From a bacterium (GTDB lineage Bacteria > Hinthialibacterota > Hinthialibacteria > Hinthialibacterales > Hinthialibacteraceae): a stretch of DNA of 28,298 nt. The stretch lies in assembly GCA_963663405.2 (NCBI GenBank), contig CAXXSM010000077.1:1-28298 (forward strand), in the 5' to 3' direction. Positions within the stretch are counted from its first letter, which is position 1, and each line of letters opens with the position of its first letter. The notes below the pieces were generated by a model, which was not told the origin of the DNA, searched no databases, and saw only the letters and a program-made list of their open reading frames with translations. This document shows, piece by piece, positions 20,456-28,298 of the stretch. The position numbers and the translations under genes were made by a program.

Positions 20456-20712
20456 TTATTTTTATTTTTTTTTCAAGAATACTAGTCAATTTCAGCCATA
20501 TTTACATATTTTTTTTATGTAGACTTTTTGATGCGGTGTCATATACGTTATTATATGACAATTTCATTAATTTAAATTTGAATATGATCACTTGACCAGA
20601 TTCATGGTAAGAATAAAATGGGATTAATATAAAATAGAGCCTCAATATCGAAATTGTGTAGAAGTGTTTTCTAAATTTATTTTCATATTGTTCACATGCT
20701 TTTTTAACAAGG

Positions 20713-21804
20713 ATGATCATGAATAAAAAGAACATTATTCTGTGGCTTCTGGCGATCATTGGGATTTTTTTAATTTTTCAATATGCAGGGAAATTTATTT
20801 TCAATAGTCATCCACCGCAAAAAGAGATTGTATTGTCGCCAACTCCGGAACAGGTTAAAGCGCAAATTTCTCCAGCGCGCATCCAAGCCCAATCGGTTCC
20901 GACTCCAATAAGTCTAGTCGAGTCAGATCGCACGACTCCAACACCACTGGGTGCCCCTCCAACAATCCCAAAAGAAACCCCCACTGAGAAGCAACAAAAA
21001 AAACAAAGCAATGGGTTGTTTGATACCTTACTTGATATTGATAGTTTAACCAAACAGATCCCCATCGCGTTTCAATTGTTTCAGTCGGGAACGAGAGTGG
21101 CGGATGATGTAGTCTACGATAAAATTGGTTTCTCGCTCGAAGAGGAACGCCATTATGGGAATTTATATCACCATTCAATAATTGAACAAAAACCAATTGT
21201 ACTGGACAAAAAAATCTTGAAACGTCTATTCGATTTGATGGAGCCGTTTAAGAAATATTGCAAGAAAGAATTTACCTATCGTATAACTGTCATTGATGAG
21301 CCCGTGGACAATGCATTTGCGCTTCTAGGTGGATATGTCTATGTTTACACGGGTCTCTTGGATACGATCGGCGCAAATGACGCGGCGTTGAAATTCATAT
21401 TGGGGCATGAAATCGGTCATATTGAATTAGATCATTGTGCAAAAATAGTTGTGATTCCTATTCGCACGAGACAATACACCGGCGATTTTGGGGGGAATCT
21501 TGTGGGGATATTCGATCATTTTATTAAAGTCGGTTACAGTGAAGACCAAGAATTTGAAGCGGATCGTTGGAGTTATGACCGCATGAGTGATATGAAGCAC
21601 CCGAAAAACGAAAAATTAGAAGGCCCCTTGGCGTTAGTCAAGATGCAGAATTCAATTCAAGGGAATCAACAATCTACCAAGGGACAAAATGCTGAAGATA
21701 CAGAAAATATTGTTAAAGTACTATTTGATGAAATCGATAATCACTATCGTACGCATCCGGATTCCAATGACCGCTATGACTGTTTGAAGTCATTGGATTA
21801 TTGA
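20713..21804 (+). CDS. Membrane-anchored M48-family zinc metallopeptidase
   Basis: N-terminal TM, Pro/Thr linker, NAFALLGG.VYVYTGLL, HEIGH, YSEDQEFEAD, THP. Confidence 0.92.
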   Translation: MIMNKKNIILWLLAIIGIFLIFQYAGKFIFNSHPPQKEIVLSPTPEQVKAQISPARIQAQSVPTPISLVESDRTTPTPLGAPPTIPKETPTEKQQKKQSNGLFDTLLDIDSLTKQIPIAFQLFQSGTRVADDVVYDKIGFSLEEERHYGNLYHHSIIEQKPIVLDKKILKRLFDLMEPFKKYCKKEFTYRITVIDEPVDNAFALLGGYVYVYTGLLDTIGANDAALKFILGHEIGHIELDHCAKIVVIPIRTRQYTGDFGGNLVGIFDHFIKVGYSEDQEFEADRWSYDRMSDMKHPKNEKLEGPLALVKMQNSIQGNQQSTKGQNAEDTENIVKVLFDEIDNHYRTHPDSNDRYDCLKSLDY

Positions 21805-21808
21805 TTTT

Positions 21809-22600
21809 TTATTCTTTCTTTACGATAGTTCTCGAGATCCATTTAATACACCTAGACACAATCGATTCTTTTGGATGGGAATCACATGTAGCCACGTACG
21901 CTAAAACAAAGGTAATATTATCTTTACCTCCATTGTTCAATGACGCTTCCAATAGCGAATCGCGTTTTGTGGATAAGTCCTCTTCTTCCGATAAAATGTC
22001 AACTATAGACTCCTCGTCCACATAGTCCGATAAACCATCTGTACAAAAGAGAAATGTATCCCCTGCGAAGACATTCCTGTGATCAATCTGGATCTCGATA
22101 TCGTTCTCGATTCCCACTGCGCGTGTAATGACGTTTTTCTGTTGAAAATTATGAACATTATTTTGATCAAGTAGACCTTGGTCAATCAATTCATTTAACA
22201 ACGAATCATCATGCGTGAGTTGTTTGAATTGATTGTCGCGAAATAAATAGATACGACTATCGCCAATCGACGCGTAATAGAGGCTGTTTTCATGAAATAG
22301 CCCGACGACTACCGTCGCGCCAATTTTACCTTTGATTCGAAGTGATTCTTGTAAATTGAGGACAGCGTGATTCGCTTTTTGAATCGCATGAACGAGGAGA
22401 TTTGGATTGATCGGTTGACTGCAAACCAGATTCTCTTGAATTGCACGCACAGTGGTTTCACTTGCCAATTCACCGGCTTCATGTCCCCCCATTCCGTCAG
22501 CCACAATTATTAATCCATGAGATGGAATTACCGCATGGCAGTCTTCATTGGTATCACGCACCAATCCGATATGGCTTACATCATTATAAATGATTTTCAA
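21809..22600 (-). CDS. PP2C/PPM-family Ser/Thr phosphatase (Stp1/PrpC-like)
   Basis: GLVRDTNED, VADGMGGH, IGDSRIY, CTDGLSD, GGKDNIT; TTG start after GAGGAGG. Confidence 0.95.
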   Translation of the reverse strand: MKIIYNDVSHIGLVRDTNEDCHAVIPSHGLIIVADGMGGHEAGELASETTVRAIQENLVCSQPINPNLLVHAIQKANHAVLNLQESLRIKGKIGATVVVGLFHENSLYYASIGDSRIYLFRDNQFKQLTHDDSLLNELIDQGLLDQNNVHNFQQKNVITRAVGIENDIEIQIDHRNVFAGDTFLFCTDGLSDYVDEESIVDILSEEEDLSTKRDSLLEASLNNGGKDNITFVLAYVATCDSHPKESIVSRCIKWISRTIVKKE

Positions 22601-23047
22601 GTTGTACCTCCTCAGATTAGTATCTTCTCTATTTTAAGCGTTTCTCGTAAGAACGAGTAGTAGAATATACTTAAATTATGATTCAGAATAGATCAATTAC
22701 AACTCATAAGCGCAAAAGATATCTTGTTATTATACGTCTTCTATTGATATTAAAATTTAATAATATTTATCAATTTATCAAATATGCCAATATGCTATAG
22801 TTGTGATATATTGTAATAATTAATAATAGGCTTATCCGAAGCGCATTTTTGTAAGAAATTTTAAGGTTATTGAAATATGTTCATATTTGATAGGTCAGAT
22901 CCGGTTTTACCTATGAGCGCAAATCCCGGTAGTGGTGTAGATTAGTTGCAGCCTTTCCTAATTATTGTCTCTTCGTCATAGAACCATCCAAAATCAATCA
23001 TATCAAGAGGTTACGGGTTGTGTGCCTCTTATTTTCGTTCATTGACA

Positions 23048-23164
23048 TGTCAACCATATATGACGTATAGAAATCGTATATACGTTGGATATCAATAAAA
23101 ATAAGAATATATTAATAATAAAACGTCATATATAGTTGACACTTTGCGCCTTCATGAGTATTAT
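23048..23164 (+). promoter_or_regulatory. Sigma70-like promoter overlapped by a 19-bp inverted repeat
   Basis: TTGACA 23136-23141, 17 bp spacer, TATTAT 23159-23164; IR arms 23048-23066 and 23123-23141 (18/19). Confidence 0.7.
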
Positions 23165-23200
23165 CCCTATGTGCTTAAATCCGCCCATGGGAGTGAACCG

Positions 23201-23662
23201 ATGAACGAAACAAAATCGCAGTTCCTCGCAAAAGAAGGCCTCTTAAATCCAAAGCCGGAGCGAATCTCTTCCCCCCTGTTCCAAACTCTTGATTTTTTCG
23301 ATCCCTTCGACCTGCCCCAGGTTCGATATGAGATGCTTCGCGCGGCTCGAAGTGACACGATGTCTGTGGCTGAAGCCTGCCGCCTCTTTGGGTTTTCCAG
23401 GGAGTATTTCTACCGGCTCGAACGGATGTTCATGCAGCGGGGCTACGTGGCTTTACTTGGCTCCTCCATGGGCCGACGCCCCCTTCTCGCTCTCAACCAA
23501 GAGATTGTCAACTTCATCATTCACCGTAAACTCGAACAACCTCAATTGTCGGGGGAGAACTTACGGCAAGAAATCTTACGCCTCTACAAAGTTGATTGTT
23601 CACGCCGGACCGTCGAACGGATTGTGGAAAAGACGGGTCTGAGTAAAAAAGGGCTCCGCTGA
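23201..23662 (+). CDS. Helix-turn-helix protein (IS ORF A)
   Basis: ATG after GGGAG; LNPKPE..FFDPFDLPQVRYEMLR; HTH SVAEACRLFGFSREYFYRL; second HTH-like CSRRTVERI. Confidence 0.8.
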   Translation: MNETKSQFLAKEGLLNPKPERISSPLFQTLDFFDPFDLPQVRYEMLRAARSDTMSVAEACRLFGFSREYFYRLERMFMQRGYVALLGSSMGRRPLLALNQEIVNFIIHRKLEQPQLSGENLRQEILRLYKVDCSRRTVERIVEKTGLSKKGLR

Positions 23663-23664
23663 CA

Positions 23665-24825
23665 TTGGCCTTGGAAGTGAACGCGGGAGACTGTCCTCAC
23701 CGGGTGTTCTTTGAAGACGAGGATCAGGCCCAGGGACTCTACGAGAAAGCGCGCAAGGCCGCCCTCAACCAACGGTATCGGATAGACAACCGTCTTCGGA
23801 AAACACTGGCCGTCCATGGCGTAGCCGGTTTATTTCTCGATCCCGAACGAATTTTTTTGAGGGCCTCCCAATCCAGGACGTCTCCACGGAAAAACACCGC
23901 GTTGCATCATACGCGTCTCTCGGAAGAACGGTTTGCCACCATTGCCCGGTCCCTTGCGGAAGGGGTGGGAATCTCGCCCACGGCGCGCATTCAAAACGTG
24001 AACAAGAAAACCGTTCTCATGGTGTTGGCGAAAGCTGGGGCGCATGCCGCCAAGGTCAACCGCGCTCTCCTCGTGAAGGCGAACGTTTCCGAATGTCAGT
24101 TGGATGAAATGTGGTCTTTCGTCGGAAAGAAGGAGAAAAACCTGGAGCCGTTTGAGAAACTTCAGCGCGTGTTAGGCGATGCCTGGATTTGGATTGCTTT
24201 CGATGCCGTCAACAAGGTCGTTCTCGCGCATGTCATTGGTAAACGAACGGCGCCTTCCGCCGTCGCCCTCGTCGAAGAGGTAAAACGAGTCACCGTATCC
24301 ATGCCCGATCTGTTCTCCTCCGATCAACTGGATCACTATGCCAATGCGTTGCTTCAAGTCTATGGAACATGGATCCAACCTTGCCGGAAACCAGGACCGG
24401 GAAGACCCCCGCATCCTCGACTCGTTCCCCCGAACGATCTGGTGTACGTTCACGTCGTGAAACGCTACAAACAATATAAAGTGGTTGAAGTCACACGAAA
24501 AGTGATTTTTGGCGATCCGGCAAGAGTGGAATCGATTCTGGCGGCATCCAAAGTCAGCCGGAAAATCAACACATCCTACGTGGAGAGAAATAACGGGATC
24601 ATTCGTCACATGGATTCACGTTGCGTACGCAAATCGCTCCGATTCTCCAAATCCATGGAAAACCACCACCATCAACTCGCGTTGACCCTTGCCTATTACC
24701 ACTTGTGTAAACCACACGGAACATTGACCAAGCGGCATGGAAAATCCACAACTCCCTTCATGGCCGCGAACCTGACCGATCACGTCTGGAGCATGGGGGA
24801 ACTCCTGAGATTCACCAATTTTTGA
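23665..24825 (+). CDS. IS1-family DDE transposase
   Basis: QLDEMWSFVGKK, WIWIAFD, FSSDQLDHY, INTSYVERNNG, TPFMAANLTDHVW. Confidence 0.88.
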   Translation: MALEVNAGDCPHRVFFEDEDQAQGLYEKARKAALNQRYRIDNRLRKTLAVHGVAGLFLDPERIFLRASQSRTSPRKNTALHHTRLSEERFATIARSLAEGVGISPTARIQNVNKKTVLMVLAKAGAHAAKVNRALLVKANVSECQLDEMWSFVGKKEKNLEPFEKLQRVLGDAWIWIAFDAVNKVVLAHVIGKRTAPSAVALVEEVKRVTVSMPDLFSSDQLDHYANALLQVYGTWIQPCRKPGPGRPPHPRLVPPNDLVYVHVVKRYKQYKVVEVTRKVIFGDPARVESILAASKVSRKINTSYVERNNGIIRHMDSRCVRKSLRFSKSMENHHHQLALTLAYYHLCKPHGTLTKRHGKSTTPFMAANLTDHVWSMGELLRFTNF

Positions 24826-25073
24826 CTTGCAGTTAATATGGACTACTACCCAAATCCCGGTTGGATACGAAAAGGCCCGCAATTATTGGCGATTCGTAAT
24901 TCGCTCTTTTTTAATTCCTGCATTTTTCCACGAAATCACTAAACTTACCTTTCCCCCACCAACAATCCCGGAATTTTTTTGTAATAAAGTATTGACATTT
25001 TGCCTGGATCACGCCATAGTATAAATATATTATAGTAAATATATTTTATACTCTGTTATTTGGGTGAGGGATC

Positions 25074-25721
25074 ATGAACGAAGATACAATTCTCCGTAAA
25101 TTACGCTCACAAAAGGTCTTTACCGTCGACCAGCTGATTTCCTGGCTCCGCTGCTCTCTCCGAACCGCCCAGCGGCACATGAAGACCTGGAACGTCCATA
25201 CCAGCGTCAACCAAAACGGCCGATATCATACTCTCCCGGATATTCCCCAATTCGATCCGAATGGAATTTGGAAATACCGGAACATCGTGTTTTCCAAGCA
25301 CGGCACGTTGAAGCAAACGATTGTCCATGTCATCCAGCAATCCCCTCACGGCCTCTCCAGCGATGAAATCATGGATCACATTGGATTGCCTCTCAATCGA
25401 TCGGTACTCTCTCATCTGCGGGAGTCTTCCGATATTCTCCGGGAGAAACATCATGGCCGATATATCTATTTCGCGGGGGACGCCAAGATCTACGCGCAAC
25501 AAAAACGCCGGTGGGAGGCTCTCGAGGAAGAAATCAACGCGCAGTTGTCGGATGAGGAGGCGGTCCAGGTGTTAGTCTATTTCATTAAGCATCCCCAGCT
25601 GACGCCGGAAGAACTGGCCCGGCGGCTTTCGTGTAAGGGACGGAGCCTGAAAGCGGTGGGTATTCGGCGCTTGTTAGAAACGCATGACCTTCAAAAAAAA
25701 ACGCCGGGTATCAAGCCGTAA
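25074..25721 (+). CDS. HTH-type ORF A of the Mutator-like element
   Basis: CSLRTAQR HTH, SVNQNGRYHTL, FSKHGTLK; ends at an A9 run; RBS GGTGAGGG. Confidence 0.75.
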   Translation: MNEDTILRKLRSQKVFTVDQLISWLRCSLRTAQRHMKTWNVHTSVNQNGRYHTLPDIPQFDPNGIWKYRNIVFSKHGTLKQTIVHVIQQSPHGLSSDEIMDHIGLPLNRSVLSHLRESSDILREKHHGRYIYFAGDAKIYAQQKRRWEALEEEINAQLSDEEAVQVLVYFIKHPQLTPEELARRLSCKGRSLKAVGIRRLLETHDLQKKTPGIKP

Positions 25722-25726
25722 CCTGT

Positions 25727-27527
25727 TTGAGAGAGTATCTCGATAAAGTCAATTCCAAGTGTTCGCCCCGGAATTTATTTTCGGAAATCCCAACCCTGCA
25801 TTTCGAATCGCCTCAGAAAACCTGCCCAATCTGCGGTCAACCATTGAAATTACTCAAAACGCGTGAAAAAACCATTGTGACGTTGGATATCGGACCGTTC
25901 CGAGCCAAAGAGACGATTCGGTGGTGTCCTCAGCATCGGCAAGTGTTCGCCTCGCCCGACTTGAAAGCGCTCACACCGGCTCATGGCACGTTTGGATTTG
26001 ACGTGCTGATCTATGTCGGTAACGCCCTGTTTCTTCGCAGCCGGAGCAACCAAGAAATCCGGGAGGAATTGAGGGAACGAAACATTGTCATTTCCGATCG
26101 AGAGATCAGTTACTTGGGCAAGAAGTTTGTCTTCTATGTGACTGTGGCGCATCAAGAGAGCCGCCCGGCGGTCAAGGAACTGTTGGAGGCTCAGGGCGGT
26201 TACATTCTTCACGTCGATGGAACCTGTGAAAGCGATAGCCCTCATGTGTTCACGGGGATGGATGGTCTATCGAATATCGTTTTAGACAGCGCGAAATATC
26301 CGTCCGAAAAATCCGGCTCCATCGCGCCCTTCTTTCAACGCATTGAGCAGGACTACGGCCGCCCTGTCGCGTTGGTTCATGATATGGGAAAAGGCATCCT
26401 CAAAGCCGTTGAGGAAGTGTTTCCCGATGTTCCCGATTTCATCTGCCATTTCCATTTCCTGCGCGCCCTTGGCGGGGATCTGCTTAAGAAAGATTATGAT
26501 GGTATTCGGGATGGATTAAAACGGCTTCGGATCCGGACCACGCTTCGGAGTTATGGAAAAACATTTGAGCCATTGTTCCGCCAGAATCAGAGCCGGTTTC
26601 AAGAGATTCTCACTGGCTTGGACTCGGGCATTCTCCCCAAACCTTACTGGCCCAAACCCCGGCGGCCTTCGCCTATGCCTTAATTCATTGGGCGCTTCAT
26701 CCCGTCAATCAATTTGGGGGCTATGGATTTCCCTTTGACCTGACTCATGTCGTCTTCCTTCGGCGGTTGCATACAATGGAAACGGCGGTAAGTGAGATGT
26801 TGGTCACATCCTTTCAAGGTGATCTTGATACGAATTGGCCGTTCTTCCGGTTGCTCAAAGCTCTGCGAAAGGTGACCAATGATGAGAAACTACTCATTCA
26901 TTTGGTGGAGATCGAAGAGAAGATTGAAGTCTTCGAGGCGCTTCGTTCCGCCTTGAGAGTGGCGCTGCCTGAGGGGAAGCAAGGCTTGAATGATGACGGA
27001 GACGAGACGCCGATCCACACGATCAAAGAGAACGTGGAAGCGTTTCGAGACTGGGTTACGACAGACAAGCGGTTCCTCTGGAACAAGGCCTATAAAAAGA
27101 TGGTCGCTCAACTCGACCAATACTGGGAAAAATTGTTCGCCGATCCGATTCCCGTCACGACGCCACAGGGGGTTGTGACGATCCAACCGCAAAGGACAAA
27201 TAATATATTAGAAAGATTTTTCCGGGATTTAAAACGACGGAATCGGAAGAAAAGCGGAATTTCAAGTATGGGCAAAACACTTACATACATGCTTCCCTCA
27301 ACGCCGTTGGTGTGTAACCTAGAACACAATGAATATGAGCCAAATCATTCGGAATGGATGTGAAAGCCTAACGATTCGCTCAGATCGATTGCCAGTTGAT
27401 ATGGGACCAATTCAAGCAATCCCGCAAAAGTTCTGTCGTTATTTCCCCCCAAATCAAAAAGATCATCGCTCAACCCAACTTCCCAGAACAACTGAGCAAC
27501 CACTACGCTGCCTTCGCCTCGAACTGA
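25727..27527 (+). pseudogene. Mutator-like DDE transposase, frameshifted near 26640 and after ~27335
   Basis: CPICG finger, LHVDGT, VHDMGKG, CHFH (CxxH), GYGFPFD in shifted frame, RTNNILERFFR. Confidence 0.82.
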
Positions 27528-27621
27528 AATCCAACCGGCATTTGCGGACATACGGTTTTACAAATATCTTAATCCGATTATTGACAGTTTTCGCTGTTCA
27601 TTAACGAGGATTTTAAATTTT

Positions 27622-28298
27622 GGTTGATGTCCCCAAATTATTGACATATTGATGGGAACCATAACAATTCAGCGAGTGACCATGGATGATCGGTCAATTC
27701 AGCAGCCATCGCTGGCGTTTTAGGAGTAAATGATCGATCGCTCTGCCGACTCAAAGTCTCATGGGGCCGGATGAAATTGTAACAAGCGACCACCAATGAA
27801 AATTTGGCTTTTAACCAGCGTATGGATTTGGCGAATGTCGTCGATTGCCGTCTCAAATGGGCGTCCCATAATCGCCAATTCAAGTTCGATCGTTCAACGA
27901 AAGATGTATTTACTGTGTTACTTGGTGTACTTTCCAACCGATTGGCAATCCGGCTCTCCGAGCCAAAAACCACTTTGGTTTCAACGTTCACTATACACCC
28001 ATTTTTTCGGGTCTTATGAACGGTTGCGTAATCCAAATCTTCATGGACAATTTTCTCCGGATTTTTGGGGCGGCCTCGCTGCCCCGTCGGTTCCGGCTGA
28101 ATCAGCGTGTGAAACATCTCTTCGAGTCCATTCTCGTAATGGGGGAGTTCATCCGACACAAATAAGGGTTTCTCGTTCATTCGTGAAATCAAGTCTTTTA
28201 AAAAACTGTGTGCGTCTTCCAGCGTCCGATCTCCAATGAGAAACGTGATGATTAATCGGGTTGTGCTATCAATGGCCGTCCAGATCCATGTCCGCCCA
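27622..28298 (-). mobile_element. Second IS1-family element, partial (runs off the window)
   Basis: End GGTTGATGTC at 27622, 16 bp beyond the transposase stop. Confidence 0.7.
27638..28297 (-). CDS. IS1-family transposase, C-terminal part
   Basis: Open to the window edge: TWIWTAID, FVSDELPHY, NTSFVERSN, YNFIRPH, TPAMAAELTDHPW. Confidence 0.88.
   Translation of the reverse strand, partial: GRTWIWTAIDSTTRLIITFLIGDRTLEDAHSFLKDLISRMNEKPLFVSDELPHYENGLEEMFHTLIQPEPTGQRGRPKNPEKIVHEDLDYATVHKTRKNGCIVNVETKVVFGSESRIANRLESTPSNTVNTSFVERSNLNWRLWDAHLRRQSTTFAKSIRWLKAKFSLVVACYNFIRPHETLSRQSDRSFTPKTPAMAAELTDHPWSLAELLWFPSICQ

Larger units (their letters stand above)
22928..24850 (+). mobile_element. IS1-family element with extra upstream HTH ORF
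   Basis: TIRs GGTAGTGGTGTAGATTAGTTGCA / GGTAGTAGTCCATATTAACTGCA (17/23); 8-bp TSD CAAATCCC at 22920-22927 and 24851-24858. Confidence 0.9.
22911..27553 (+). mobile_element. Mutator/IS256-like (ISNCY-type) two-ORF element; left TIR split by an IS1-family insertion
   Basis: Reconstructed left end CTATGAGCGCAAATCCCGGTTGGAT vs right end (reverse complement) GTATGTCCGCAAATGCCGGTTGGAT; flanking direct repeat GGTTTTAC at 22903-22910 and 27554-27561 (boundary +/-1). Confidence 0.85.

Noticed and set aside
4468-28239. Many short antisense or overlapping ORFs in the track (e.g. 9596-10309, 18149-18544, 27796-28239)
   Set aside because: Shadows of real genes, IS remnants or intron RNA; no motifs.

Overview
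Bacterial accessory region dominated by nested mobile elements that have invaded a eukaryote-like signalling locus. Host-type genes are an AT-rich MotA-FliG(C) fusion, an HU-family protein, a 5'-truncated serine recombinase, a ~1,930-aa class III cyclase-Ser/Thr kinase-TM-WD40 protein broken by four single-base frameshifts, two paralogous envelope proteins, an M48 peptidase and a PP2C phosphatase. Region 8830-17047 is a four-level nest whose junctions can be read from the sequence: lipoprotein gene < IS1380 (TSD TATAA) < unclassified IS4-like DDE element (TSD AACCT) < IS110 (core TCTCCT) < group II intron with RT. The IS110 5' non-coding end contains a readable bridge-RNA-like structure whose two loops match the actual target site and the predicted donor junction, and the empty target site is preserved nearby in a duplicated segment. 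Further right are an IS256 remnant, an ISL3, a Mutator-like element whose left TIR was hit by a two-ORF IS1-family element, and a partial second IS1-family element. All calls come from reading motifs by eye; no searches or folding were run.
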